64,000 nucleotides of DNA from Octopus sinensis (GCF_006345805.1 NC_043017.1:30876001-30940000); one strand, 5' to 3'. Positions 26,511 through 40,030 are shown, counted from the stretch's first letter. Program-made: numbers and translations. The notes: a model not told the origin generated them from the sequence alone.

Positions 26511-27375
26511 TATGATTAAGATGGCGAGCTAGCAAAATCGTAAGCACGTCGTGCAAAATGCTTGAAGCATTTCATCCATATTTATGTTTTGAGTTCAAAT
26601 TACGCTGAGAGCGCCTTTGCTTTTCGTTATATCGTGGTCGATGAAATAAATACCAGTCGAGCACTAGGTTCGATATCATCGACTTATACCCAGTTTCAAA
26701 TTTTCCGGCTCTGTGCCAAAATTTGAGACTAATATTGTTACCAGCGTTAAGATGGCAAACTGGCCGAATAATTAGCACCCTGGGGGAAATGTTTACCGAC
26801 ATTACGCCTGTGTTTATATCCTGAGGTCATATTCCTCCGTGGTCGATTTTGCCTTTGTTCATTTCGGGGTCTATAAATTAAGTACCAGCGAAACACTGGG
26901 GTTGATGTAATCCACTAGTGCCCTCTCCCAAAATGTCAAGCTTTGTGCCTTTAGGATTATGTTACCTATGATTAAGGCGAATTGGCAGAGTCGTTAGCAC
27001 GCTGTGCAAGATGCTTAAGCGCATTTGGTCCGTATTTCAAATCTGAGTTCACATTCCGATAAGATAGACTTTGCTTTTCCTCACAAAGAAGTCAATAAAT
27101 TAAGTACCAGCTGAGTACTGTAGCCTCAAAATTGCTGGTCTTTTGACAATCTAAAACCGCTATTATTACCAGCGATAAGACGGTGAGCTGACAGAATTGT
27201 TAACAGGCCTGTGAAACAGCGGTATTTCGTCCGTTCTGAGTTCAAATTCTGACGAAATCGACTTTGCCTTTCATCAATGCGGAGTTGATAAAATAAATAG
27301 CATTAGAATACTGAGGTCAGTGTAATTGACTTGCTTCCTCCCTTAGAATCGCTGGCCTTGTATCAAAATTTGCAG
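26511..27375 (+). mobile_element. Tandem array of four decayed M-type SINEs
   Basis: Heads near 26521, 26750, 26975 and 27178. Confidence 0.75.
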
Positions 27376-27869
27376 CCTTTAATTTATTGTTGCAATATTC
27401 ACGTGACCTTGTTCGTGTTTTCCCTTTTCTGAAAGATGTGTGCCTTCGATTTTTACTAGGAACGAAATGCAAATATTACAAGCATTTATTGCATTTCGGT
27501 TAGAAATTTAATTCTTTTCAGTGAAATTTACCTAAATTTAAATTAAATAATTTACTAATATATAATATCATATTACGTATAATATCAATATTTTCAATTT
27601 GCTTATATTACAGCTCTTTGTTATTTCTTTATACACACATTCTGTTTCATCGTATATATACACACATAAAGCGTTTTAAGCGCTTAACAAGATTGCTTTA
27701 TAAACCTTGATCTCCTACTCTTTGAAATAAACATTGAGATACATATATTAGTTTACGTTACAAGGAAGCGTTCATGAATGAAAAAATAAGTTATATTATA
27801 AGATAACGCAGATACACACACACACAGATACATACACACAAATACAATCGCACACAACACACACACGTA

Positions 27870-27900
<31 letters not shown>

Positions 27901-27904
<4 letters not shown>

Positions 27905-28064
27905 GTAAATGTAATATTTGACAATTATTCGGTAGCTGAGATAAAGCTCTGAATTTCGGATGCCGAGGTGGAAATCCACACCACCATCTCTTTAGTTATC
28001 CGGCCCCGAAACTCAGAGTTTTATCTTGGCTACCGAATAATTGTCACATATTACATTTACAGAT
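27901..28064. mobile_element. Fold-back with 59-bp arms containing a decayed hammerhead (inverted PLE terminus)
   Basis: Arms 27901-27959 and 28006-28064 with about 5 mismatches; minus strand GAUAA [CUAAAGA] GAUG..CAUCC [GAAA] UUCAGAGCU UUAUC. Confidence 0.6.
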
Positions 28065-28143
28065 AAATTCCTCTATTTACATAATATTGAGTTCTCTTTC
28101 TTTCTTTTGTTCTCTTGCCGTTTTTACCAATATATATATCTAT

Positions 28144-28218
<75 letters not shown>

Positions 28219-28231
28219 AGTTAGATAGATA

Positions 28232-28312
<81 letters not shown>

Positions 28313-28830
28313 CGGACAGATAGACAGACAGATAGATAGATAGATAGATACATACATACATACATACATAAATATATTCATGCATATATAAATAATAAAA
28401 TAGAGGTGTGAGCTATTTGACACTGCTACAACAGTGTTGCGACATACACATGCCTGATATGTAGTGTGCAAAACATTCAAAAGATTATGCAATGCATTAC
28501 AGAAATCTCAACACATCAGGTTTAACAAATACACAGTCGAGCAGTGACTGGCTGACTAATTCAAAAAGAAACTTTGAATTAGCAACGAGAAACGAAAGAA
28601 CAAAAATTTCAACTGCGTCCTGCAATCTTTGAGGGTGGATAGCAAAAGGAAGTCGAAAGTTATAAACGGCCTCATTCATAAACGAAGGTACGAGCAAAAC
28701 AGGGTCGTATACCAATAGATAGCAGGTACTAAGCGTGACATTTGAGATCACCGAGCATATTTGAAGATAATTGCCAACGTTCTTCTTAAAAAAAAACAAA
28801 AAAAAACATTTACTGTGTCATGTTATTTAG

Positions 28831-29008
28831 TAGGAGTGGCTGTGTGGTAAGTAGCTTCGTTACTAACCACATGATTCTGGGTGCAGTCCTCAGTGTGGCA
28901 CCTTGGGCAAGTGTCTTTTACCATAGCCTCTGGTTGACCAAATCTTGTGAGTGGATTTGGTAGACGGAAACTGAAAGAAGCCCGTCGTATATAAATAAAT
29001 AAATATAT

Positions 29009-29042
<34 letters not shown>

Positions 29043-29269
29043 CGTATGTGTGTGTGTGTTTTTGTGTTTCTGTGTTTGTCGCCCCAGCATCGCTTGACAA
29101 TCGATGCTGGTGTGTTTACGTACCCGTCACTTAGCGGTTCGGCAAGAGAGACCTATCAAATAAGTACTAGGCTTGCAAAGAATAAGCCCTAGGTTCAATT
29201 CGTTCGACTAAATGCAGTGCTCCAGCATGGCCACAGCGAATTGACTGGAACAAATAAAAGAATAAAAGA
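28831..29269 (+). mobile_element. SINE family A (diverged)
   Basis: Same head, core and tail order. Confidence 0.85.
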
Positions 29270-29784
29270 CTAGCACATTAATAGAGTGATATGGTTAATA
29301 AACACCAACATTACTTATTCCTTTACTTCATCCCATTTAATAAAGTCCTACAATTAATTAGTGAAGAAGTGATAGAGCCTTAGCTTCTGTTAGGGGAGAT
29401 AACTCGAAGATAATAACGGATGCTCAAATGCGGAAGATAGCAAAGATTTCTGCGAAAATGAAAAGGAGAAACAAGGAAGAGAACGTAAAAGGAAACAAAT
29501 AATACAGAGAGGGAGAGCCATTATCAAAGTGCAAATAAAATAGGAGAAATCTAACGGAGGAAATACTCAAAAATGTAAAGAGGAAAACGGTATTGGTACA
29601 AACAAGTAATTGCGTATACTAGACTAATGAAAGGAGTTTAGGCATTAATCAGTGTCGACAAACATATGTATTTCTAAATTTGCATTTCATAAATATCGAA
29701 ATTTGGAAAGGACCTCTATATAGCTCTAATGATGTTTCGAATTGGAAGGCCATATATAAAAGAAAAGGAAAAACACAGCTAATA

Positions 29785-30172
29785 TCTTTATATATAAAAG
29801 TCAAGTTGTGTGTCTGTCTCCTACGATTTAGATTCCTAACTACTCCCACATTTTGCGGTGCAGTGTAACCAAAAAAGGGTATCTTATAGTCGTGATTCAT
29901 ATTGAGCCCTTCTGGGTATTAGCGCGCGTCTACGATGAGTCTACGATTTTAAAAATAATTTGCCAACATTTTTTTCCATTTTAATGCATTTTTTTCGCTA
30001 TTATATAAGGGAAGTAACTCTCTAACAATTTCTACGATTTAAAAAAAAATTACCATCATTTTCTTTCCATTTTTAATGCATTTTTTTTGCTATTTTTTGG
30101 CTATAACTCTCTAAAAATGCTTATATAGTTATTTCCCTTACAAACCCGAGCAACGCCGGGCGATACTGCTAG
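29785..30172 (+). mobile_element. Non-autonomous Helitron
   Basis: A|TCTTTATATATAAAAG...CCCGAGCAACGCCGGGCGATACTGCTAG|T. Confidence 0.85.
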
Positions 30173-30633
30173 TTCCTAATAAAATTACAAGCACTCAGAA
30201 TCCCAGCCTTTCTATAAGCCAGTATTGTCACATTATGGAGATGGAAACAAATAAATTTAGATCATATAGGTTCAGTAGATATGTTACATCACTACTATAT
30301 TAATAAAAAAGTTAAAATATGGAAAATACGGTGTGCGATATTCACATGTCAAAAGGACTGATATGGATTATAATGAACGTTAAAAGTCGAAAATGTAAAT
30401 AAATATTAAAAGAATATATAGCATTATAACGAATTATAAATGCCATATCTAGAGCAGATGAAGCAAATATTACAAAGATATTACCTAAAACTAGAATCAT
30501 AATTGGATAAAGCTATTAAATCATAAATTATATGAAATGACAGCCACCGCTGTCTGTCTCCAGAACTAAGAGTACTTAAAAGTACATGCGTCTTTCTGTG
30601 TGTGTGCGTATACACACACATATGCATACATAC

Positions 30634-30717
<84 letters not shown>

Positions 30718-30754
30718 TATATATACATATACATACACATTATATACATTATAT

Positions 30755-30904
30755 ACATTATTTACATTTGACAGATATTTCTCCCCATCTTGTTTGCTGT
30801 TAACACTACGTTTCGGCTAATATACTCTCCAGCCTTCATCATGAGGAACGTTATGTTAACAACAAACAAGATGAGGGCAAATATCCGTCAAATGTAACTA
30901 ATGT
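30755..30904. mobile_element. Fold-back with ~50-bp arms around a truncated hammerhead (inverted PLE terminus)
   Basis: Arms 30755-30805 and 30854-30904; minus strand [AUGAUGA] A GGCU..AGCC [GAAA] CGUA between them. Confidence 0.6.
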
Positions 30905-30943
30905 AAATAATGTACATAATTCCTCATCACTTAAATATAGAAC

Positions 30944-30984
<41 letters not shown>

Positions 30985-31084
30985 GCATATATATATATAT
31001 AATATATATATATACACATATGTATATATATATATATATATATACATATACACATATATATATATATATATGCATATATATATA

Positions 31085-31300
31085 AAGCTAATCCAAACAA
31101 GAAAACACAAAAAAAAAAAAAAGAACACAACAACGCGAGGGCGTGGAACAAATAAAGTATTATTGGACGCTCAGGAAAGAAGGGAAGAAGGAGGGCTTAA
31201 CGTTTCGAGCGGATCTCTTCGTCGGAAACATAGGAGAAGGAAAGATCCCGAGAAGGGAATACAGAGGAAAATAATCGCCAGCGGTATTCACGAGGTCACA
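31085..31300 (-). mobile_element. PLE-like terminal fragment, family D, with minimal hammerhead at 31195-31230
   Basis: Minus: GUUU [CCGACGA] A GAGA-UCC-GCUC [GAAA] CGUU^AAGC; homologous to 6800-6990. Confidence 0.6.
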
Positions 31301-32874
31301 TATATGTATATATAGATATTTATATATATACATATATATGTATGTATGTATTTACACATGTATGTATAACATACATATATACACAGATACATACATATAT
31401 ATTCTTATATATAAATATATACATATATGTGTGTGTGTGCCTATGTATGTACCCATGCTTATGTATTATATGTGCATATGTAAATTTATATTCAATTATA
31501 AGGACTAGGGACGAATTCAGTCTAAATGAATGTGAGTCCTATCAAAGTTAGTGTATTTGTAAACCAACAATAATACTTTACTTCATTCCAAGAACACCAC
31601 TTGCTACGAAGAATGGATATAGTCCAATAGTTTAATGACTACAGTGCTTAGAATTTTGGAGAAAATGCAACAGAGAATTCTAGTACAAACTGAAGTGAGG
31701 TTGATGCATTAACACTTTTGTGTCTCAGTCGTCTTCCACAAAACATTTTAGGAGATATCTACTTTGCATATGTAAATTTTGCATTTTGGGGAAAATGCTG
31801 AGATAATTTCTGACATGAATTTCACAAAACGTATGTCAGCCAAACTTTGAAGTAATGCAATACTAAGGTATACAATCAAATGCCAGTATTTAAAATTGTG
31901 CTAGAATAAACAAACTTAACTATGATTTGTGACATAATGTCTACTGCAGACATAGTCAAAAGTTGTCTTCTATTAAGCCTCAAAATATAAATGGAGACCT
32001 TAAGTATTCGCTTTATCTACAAGTAGCAACGATATTACTCTCAACTGGTTAGTCGAGAAGCTGGCAGAATCGCGTGCCGGTCAAGATGCTTCTTCACGTT
32101 CTGTCTTTACGTTATGAGGTTAAATTCCACTTATGTTGACTCTGCCTTTCATCCTTTTGGAATCGATGAAATAAGGAAAATTTGAGTGCTGAGATCAATG
32201 TAATTGACACCCCATCCACCCACAAATGTGCTGTCCTTGTGTCTGTTCAACACATGAAATAGGACTGAAATACTGGACAATATAGACATGTGTACGTTAG
32301 TACGTGTGTGTATGTATGTGTATGTGTTTGTGTGTTTGTGCATTTTGTCTCGAAAAGCGTATGAGCTAGTCAATTCTATACTACGTTTTGCCGAGAGTTA
32401 TAGATAAATATCAGTATCTACACACATCTTCACCTGAAAAGTATATAAGCAACATATTCTTATGTTTGTAAGAAGTCCAGCTGCACAATTGCAGTTTTGT
32501 CATTTACAATATTAGCCTTAACAACGTGTTCATCATTATGAAATAAATTAAATAAATGAACGAAACCTAACTTTACCAAAGTGAAAGATTGTTACGTCTG
32601 AATCAATAAGCTTTAACAGACTTAAACGCTTAACCTAATAAAACTGACTTGCTCTTCTAAACGTTACCAAGAGATTTAAAGAAGCTAAAAATGTGCAACA
32701 AACTCTAATGAGATTAGAATCTCCCGAGTTTTGAGAGAAGGCGCAAAATTGTTTGCAAATTGACAATGGAGACACCTTCAATATTTTGGTTAAGAGAAGG
32801 TGGTTAATAAGTGTCTAATTTTGCATGACGGAAAATTCTAGCTTACGCATGTATAATAGATTGTTCAAATCGGT

Positions 32875-32913
32875 CAGTTAATCAATCAATCAATCAATCA
32901 GTCAGTCAGTCAG

Positions 32914-33010
<97 letters not shown>

Positions 33011-33021
33011 ATGTATGTCTG

Positions 33022-33085
<64 letters not shown>

Positions 33086-33108
33086 CATATATATATATAT
33101 ATATAATA

Positions 33109-33149
<41 letters not shown>

Positions 33150-33205
33150 TATATATATATATATGTCTTTCTCTCTCTCTCCATATATATATATATATAT
33201 ATATA
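32875..33205. repeat. Compound microsatellite (AATC)n(AGTC)n(TATC)n(TA)n(TC)n
   Basis: Direct reading; similar (GATA)n tracts at about 14836-14880, 28215-28350 and 43840-43890. Confidence 0.95.
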
Positions 33206-33509
33206 AATATATTCCCCTATTCAACGAAGAGCCATGTTGGAAACGTCATTCCACCTCGTTTTCATGTGAAACATTCACTCGGCGTAAGTCTAATATAATC
33301 ACTGTATACCTATAATGGACCTTTGTTGTGGATAGGGTATTGGGGTATTACACACACACACACATCTACCTATCTATCCATCCATCCATCTATCTATCTA
33401 TCTCTATGTTTAGCCCCTCTTAAAGAAATAAGAACATGCCCCTTCGGCAAGTACCATCGTTTGACTATAAACTCGGCCTCGGAACAGAAGCTGTCGAGAA
33501 GTTCCGCAT

Positions 33510-33800
33510 GAGCTGACCAATGAGCGGGCTCGACGAAGCGTGAAGATTTGCAAACAACTGCTATCAAAAGACCGATAATCATTATTTTAGCGTCGAATTG
33601 CAACAGGTGTTGAAGAATTGATTTATTTTCGTAATCCAAATACGATTATTTAATGATTTCTTTCCTGCCATGGTTCAGATACTTCTATCAAAACAGCTGA
33701 GTTTGGACAGAAGCTCATGCTGTATTTTTAGTAGAGCTTTGAAGAGATAATGCACGTTGATCTTTTCTCAGATTGTCATTCTATGAACGCTAGCACGAAT
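33510..33800 (+). pseudogene. Mariner transposase catalytic-region remnant
   Basis: ELTNERARRSVKICKQLL...RIATGVEELIYFRNP...FGQKLML resembles mariner (WVPH)ELT...IVTGDEKWIY...GRKVML; many stops. Confidence 0.7.
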
Positions 33801-34431
33801 CCTGAACTGCAGTGAGTATATGACGTTTCGAAAGCCAGCTACATGTCATTGGTCAATTAAACATGTGTACTCCAACAGCCCTACAATTCCCCAGTACACA
33901 CTGTCACTATGGCAAGCAGGAATTTGATGAATTTAATAACTAGAAGTGATTCCTCAGTCTGCCAACTTCCCTAAATGTGTAGCTCATATTAACTACTATT
34001 TCCCGACGCATGGCACATTTTCTGCTCGGATGGAGATTCAAGAATATGGATGAGGGTGAAAACTGTTGCAGAGAGTGTTATGCCTCTGAACAAGCCAAAT
34101 AGCACAAGCGGCGAATTGATCTTCGAGCACAACGTTACCAATAAACAAAAGAATATGCTATGAAGGATTTTGACGTACAAACTTTTTTACGTGTGTACTT
34201 TGAATTATTCCTATAAGCTTGAAATACGAGATAAATGTTTGATGTACCTGTACACAAAGTTTCCATGATTGCTGAAATGTTGGGTCAGTAAACTATCCAA
34301 TTCATGTCACAATATTTACATTTTCCCGTACTTCAGATGTTTACTGCTTGGTATGTTAGGAGATTTTCGGGATAGGGCCAATGCATATGCCCTAACTATC
34401 ACCATCTATTCTTCTTTATAAATTTAGATAT

Positions 34432-34814
34432 GGAAGCACTCCGCCGGTTACGACGACGAGGGTTCCGGTTGATCCGAATCAACGGAACAGTCTGCTAGTG
34501 AAATTAACGTGTAAGTGGCTGAGCACTCCACAGACACGTGTACCCTTAACGTAGTTCTCGGGGATATTCAGCGTGACACAGAGAGTGACAAGGCCTGCCC
34601 TTTGAAATACAGGTACAACAGAAACAGGAAGTAAGAGTGAGAGAAATTTGTGGTGAAAGAGTACAGCAGGGATCACCACCATGCCCTGCCGGAGCCTCGT
34701 GGAGCTTTTAGGTGTTTTCGCTTAATAAACACTCGCAACGCCCGGTCTGGGAATCGAAACCGCGATCCTACGACCGCGAGTCCGCAGCCCTAACGACTGG
34801 GCCATTGCGCCTCC
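34432..34814 (-). mobile_element. tRNA-Arg-like SINE, tail Y
   Basis: TSD AAATTTAGATA at 34420-34430 and 34815-34825. Confidence 0.9.
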
Positions 34815-35869
34815 AAATTTAGATAAGGTGGGGGGCTGGCAGAATCGTAAGCTCACCGGCGAAAATGCCTCGCAGCATTTCGTCCATCTTTACCGAGGTT
34901 GACTTTACATTTTATTAGTCTTAGTCGACAAGATAAATACGAGTTAAGTGCAGGGCTGTATCTAATTTACCTTACCGCTTCCCGAAATTGCTGGCATTGT
35001 GTCAAAATATGAAACCATTATGAATTCAAGCATATATGGTAATATTGTTATATCAAAACCACTGCATCTCTCTCAAAATTATGCCATTTGAACCTAATAT
35101 CTTCGTAATACCCTACTTTTAATGTTTTTAGAATGTACAAAAATGGATTATTTTTCCATAAGTTACATCATTTATTTCACGAATTATTTTTCGTTCCGTG
35201 TAAATTGCCAGTCAAAATCATTTGAGCAGATTTGAAAGGTATAGAATTCTTTGAATTGCTATCTGAAATATTTCATTAAATCCAGTTTCAGTACATTCAT
35301 TTCTTTGTGTAGAATTTCCAAGATATATAAACTTGGTTGCTCCAGTTTCTCATACGAGGTAGTCAATCAGATAGGTGTAGCACATTGACGGAATTAATAT
35401 CTGTTAATCCTCTTTATTCAGTTCCCGAATAAATTTAATTTGAGGAGGGAAGCGCCACCGTATGGAAATGAACTACGTTCTTTAAAATGTATAATATATA
35501 ACTTGAAGGCAACAATCGGTGAAGGTAAGGAAGAATTAAATGGATTTAAGAAAATATTTGGTAGACTTGAATTATGCTAGAACAGCCTGTTGCTTAGTTA
35601 CGAAGACTCAAAAGAAGAAGAAAAAGAAAGAAAGAAGGAAAAGAGCGAGGGAGAAAAAGAAATAAGGGGAGGCGTACTTAATATAGACAAAAGTGTAGGC
35701 CTAACGAAAACCAAAAGCAAATATAAAATTATGAAGAACAAACAGATTGGGGAAATGATTGATTGAATTGACAGAATTATATGAAATAATCTGAAAACAC
35801 TCATACTCACACACACACACACACACACACACACATCACACATATAATATAATTATAAGTATATATATA

Positions 35870-36075
35870 TACATAACGGGAAGCTTTATGAAAAATAAAC
35901 AAAAGACGAAGGCAGGTGGAGTACAAACAAGCAATTGTATTAGTATGGCGCTCAGGAATATAAATAAAACAAGTCTTTTACGTTTCGAGCCTACGCTCTT
36001 CAACAGAAAGATACACAGAAAAGAAACACGGAGAGAAACAAGGAGAGAAAAGAAAATGCATGCAGAAGCTAGCGA
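35870..36075 (-). mobile_element. PLE-like terminal fragment, family B, with minimal A6U hammerhead at 35974-36011
   Basis: Minus: UCUUU [CUGUUGA] A GAGC-GUAG-GCUC [GAAA] CGUA^AAAGA; homologues at 60720-60985 and 63750-63990. Confidence 0.6.
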
Positions 36076-36092
36076 TCCAACATATATATATA

Positions 36093-36129
<37 letters not shown>

Positions 36130-36376
36130 TTTAAGGGCTGAAAACCACTATGTGGACAGCCATATGCTAGAAATAGATCACATACGATCAAACTACAAAG
36201 AGAGAATGTTCTCTAGAGAAAATTCAGCGGACACCAGAACAATAGGTGGGCAAGACATGAAAATTATATAAAAATCAAGAATGCTAGGCGACTGGTTTTA
36301 AATTGATATTAATTAAATTAGTACTCAATTTATCTCCCTCATTATTTAAATGTTTATATATATATATATATATATA

Positions 36377-36539
36377 GGCGCAGGAGTGGCTGTGTGGTAA
36401 GTAGCTTGTTTACCAACTACATGGTTCCGGGTTCAGTCCCACTGCGTGGCACCTTGGGCAAGTTTCTTCTACTATAACCCCGGGCCGACCAAAGCCTTGT
36501 GAGTGGATTTGGTAGACGGAAACTGAAAGAAGCCCGTCG

Positions 36540-36570
<31 letters not shown>

Positions 36571-36782
36571 GCGTGTGTGTGTTTGTGTGTCTGTGCTTGT
36601 CCCCCTAGCATTGCTTGACAACCGATGCTGGTGTGTTTATGTCCCCGTTACTTAGCGGTTCGGCAAAAGAGAACGATAAAATAAGTACTGGCCTTACAAA
36701 AGAATAAGTTTCGGGGTCGAGTTGCACGATTAAAGGCGGTGCTCCAGCATGGCCGCAGTAAATGACTGAAGCAAGTAAAAAA
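36377..36782 (+). mobile_element. SINE family A
   Basis: Starts GGCGCAGGAGTGGCTG. Confidence 0.9.
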
Positions 36783-36884
36783 TATATATATGTATATGCA
36801 CGTATGTGTGTATGAACGTATCTCATTTTATGTATATTTAATTAATAGATACTACTGCCGCGTGTATATCTGTCTCTCCTGGCT

Positions 36885-36993
36885 TCTTTACCGATGAGAT
36901 GTGGCCTTTGGTAGATCGACTTAATTAAGTTTAATTTAATTTAATTAGGCTGGTATGCCATTAAAAACATCGAAACAATGCATTGTCTAAAGA
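36885..36993 (+). ncRNA. Type I hammerhead ribozyme, U4C core variant, long stem II
   Basis: UCUUUA [CCGAUGA] GAUGU...ACAUC [GAAA] CAAUGCAUUGUC^UAAAGA. Stem I 6 bp, stem II closing 5 bp, 12-nt perfect palindrome ACAAUGCAUUGU in stem III, cleavage after 36987. Confidence 0.8.
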
Positions 36994-37716
36994 TGAATAG
37001 GGTAAATGTTTTTTTAATTTTCCTTTAATTTCTGAATTACTATTACTTGGCGGTTTGAGTCCTGGCTGTTCTTTCTAGTGGGTCGAATGGCCTATATGAG
37101 GCCGTTCCTCAATTGTTGTCATTTAATGTATATGTGTGTGTATGTAAATATAAGTATACGTATATAATATAAAAACTTACACAAAATCGCACGCACACAC
37201 ATACTGATACACACACATAAGAATGCTGATGTGGTTTGCTTCTCTTCTGCTAATTCTAGCGGTTAATAATCCTGAGCAATCTTCTTATTCTTTATGGGCA
37301 ATGAGAATAACAAAACTTAGATATTAAAAAGCAAATTCTAATTGCATGAAATATATCTGAGACTTTCTAAAACATTCATTTAATCACAGTATAACAATCA
37401 CACAGCCGACAAATGGATGATATGTCACTCATCTGTCTGTCTCAGAAAATTATTAATTTCTGAGTAAATTAAATATGGATGAATTAATATTCTCATAAAG
37501 GGCAGACAGTGTAGAAGAGATCTTCTGAAAAGCAGTCGGTCTGCCATGAAACATATAATTAGAAAAACCTTAATTATGTGAGTGCGAATACAATATTGAG
37601 ATATATTCACATAGTTTTTCATTCTACAGCGCACGGTTTAGGAATTCTAGATTGGCAATATTAAATTTATCTTTTCTAATATAAGCTGTTTGCTCATAAA
37701 ATACATTTATTGGATA

Positions 37717-38109
37717 CTAGCAGTATCGCCCGGCGTTGCTCGGGTTTGTAAGGGAAATAACTATAAAGCATTTTTAGAGAGTTATAGCCAAAAAATAGTA
37801 AAAATATGCATTAAAAATGGAAAAGATATGATGGTAAATTTTTTTTAAATCGTTGACTGATCGTAGACATTTTTAGAGAGTTACTTCACTTATATTAAAA
37901 AAATATGCATTAAAATGGAAAAAAATTATGGTAAATTATTTTTAAAATCGTAGACTCATCGTAGACGCGAGCTAATACCCAGAAGGGCTCGATATGAATC
38001 ACGACTATAAGATACCCGCTTTTGGTTAAACTGCACCGCAAAATGTGGGAGTAGTTAGGAATCTAAATCGTAGGAGACAGACACACAACTTCACTTTTAT
38101 ATATAAAGA
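37717..38109 (-). mobile_element. Non-autonomous Helitron
   Basis: Same family and termini as 5128-5525. Confidence 0.85.
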
Positions 38110-38412
38110 TATGTATATCCTTATGTTTGAACACACACGAACGCACACAGCCACTCTCACACACATCAGGATGATGAATGTGTGGCGTAAAGACGAAAGG
38201 GGAGCTTTTTAGAATCAAAACGGTAGCCAGTAATAATGCAAAGATGAAGATGATGGACAATTAAGAAACTTGAGAGAAGGAAAAAATAACGAATTCGAAA
38301 TAAACAGGAATATGGAAATGTGTGGCGAAAGAAGGAACAAACGGATCAGAACTGGAACAAGAGAAACCTAAAGATACTCTTTCAAAGTTAAATTATTACT
38401 TCTTTTTTGTTA

Positions 38413-38636
38413 TACTCTTTTACTCTTTTAGTTGTTTCAGTCATTTGACTGCGGTCATGCTGGAGCACCGCTGTAAGTCGAGCAAATCGACCCTGAGACT
38501 TATTCTTTGTCAGCCCAGTACTTATTCTATCGGTCTCTTTTTGCCGAACCGCTAAATGACGGGGACGTAAGCACACCAGCATCGGTTGTCAAGCAATTTT
38601 AGGGGGACAAACACAGATACACAAACACACACACAC

Positions 38637-38696
<60 letters not shown>

Positions 38697-38876
38697 CATA
38701 TATACATATATACGACAGGCTTCCGTCAGTTTCCGTCTACCAAATCCACTCACAAGGCATTGGTCGGCCCGGGGCTATAGCAGAAGACACTTGCCCAAGA
38801 TGCCACGCAGTGGGACTGAACCCGGAACCACGTAGTTGGTTAGCAAGCTACTTACCACACGGCGACTCCTGCGCCT
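38413..38876 (-). mobile_element. SINE family A
   Basis: Full-length reverse copy. Confidence 0.9.
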
Positions 38877-39019
38877 ATTATGTTGTGTTTTAATATCATA
38901 GGCAAGATCACTGTGTCGAAAAGACAAAAAAAAATTTTTTTTTTGAAAACGGAATAGGGGAACCATAAATTCCCAGAAACACTGAGGGTAAAGTGAGTGA
39001 GAACATCCCTAAATTTGTT

Positions 39020-39160
39020 CTGTTTATAGAAAAACAAAGACGAAGACAGGTATAGGAGTCATAATCAAGTATATAGTTTGACGCTTTGTAAAAAGGGAAA
39101 GGTATTTTACATTTCGGACCTACGACCTTCCACAGAAAGGAATAAGAGGGAATAGAGAGA
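39020..39160 (-). mobile_element. Degenerate family B/C PLE-like terminus
   Basis: Shares the aaagacgaagacagg motif; minus strand reads CUGUGGA A GGUC-GUAG-GUCC GAAA UGUA. Confidence 0.4.
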
Positions 39161-39365
39161 GATGAAAAAAATTGTGTTGAGTTCAGTATTTCAAAGTGGT
39201 GAATGATTGAGGAAAGAGAGGTTGTATGGTCGGGAGATAATAAATTAGAGAGTTTGAAAGACGGGGAGATAATTCATGGTGATCCCATCAAAATCGTCTT
39301 CATTTTCATGCTAATTTTGAACACAACACGTGTAACGGAGTTTATAATCTTTCTGAATTAATCGC

Positions 39366-39713
39366 GATGTTCCACAGGACACTGTCTTGGGACCACTGCT
39401 TTTTATAGTGGCCCTCTCGGATATGCCCTCAAATGCCCGGATAGCCACTCTGGCCAGCTATGCAGACGATACGAAAGTCTCGCAGAAAATACAGAACCCC
39501 AGCGATGTTGCACACCTGCAGCAGGAGTTGGACTCAATCTACAGATGGGCTGAGGATAAAAATATGCAGTTTAATGCTGAAAAATTCCAGGCCCTGCATC
39601 CAAAACTGAGTATTAAACTTACAGGATACACCGGTCCACAGGGAATTTCAATCTCAGAGCCTAAGTCTGTGAGAGACCTGGGTATCGACATGAGTGATGA
39701 TACCTTAAATTAG
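39366..39713 (+). pseudogene. CR1/L2-type LINE reverse transcriptase fragment
   Basis: VPQDTVLGPLLFIVALSDMP...SYADDTKV...LQQELDSIYRWA...MQFNAEK...VRDLGI; YADD motif present. Confidence 0.9.
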
Positions 39714-40030
39714 GAATTTAAAGATTCGCTAAGGAGAGAAGGCAAAATCAACAAGAAAAGGCAGTTGACTGATACTCAGACGAAGCAGAGTGTCCAGATT
39801 CATTGATTATCAGAAATAACACTGCAGACACAGCGCCTAATATTGCCAAGAACGATAGCATATCATCGCATAAATACCCATTGTGTGTATGCGTATGTAT
39901 GTACGTAAGTATGTATCATATGTGTGTGATATGTATGTTAAGTATGTGTGTGCTTTTCCATGCATGTCGTATTAATAATTGTAAAGCAACAGAGTGTAGA
40001 TTTCTTGGAAGCGATAGATGTATAAATATA

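Noticed and set aside
28497-28799. 100-aa minus-strand ORF with protein-like composition
   Set aside because: No recognisable family, no convincing splice acceptor or donor, and it starts in a poly-T run; left uncalled.
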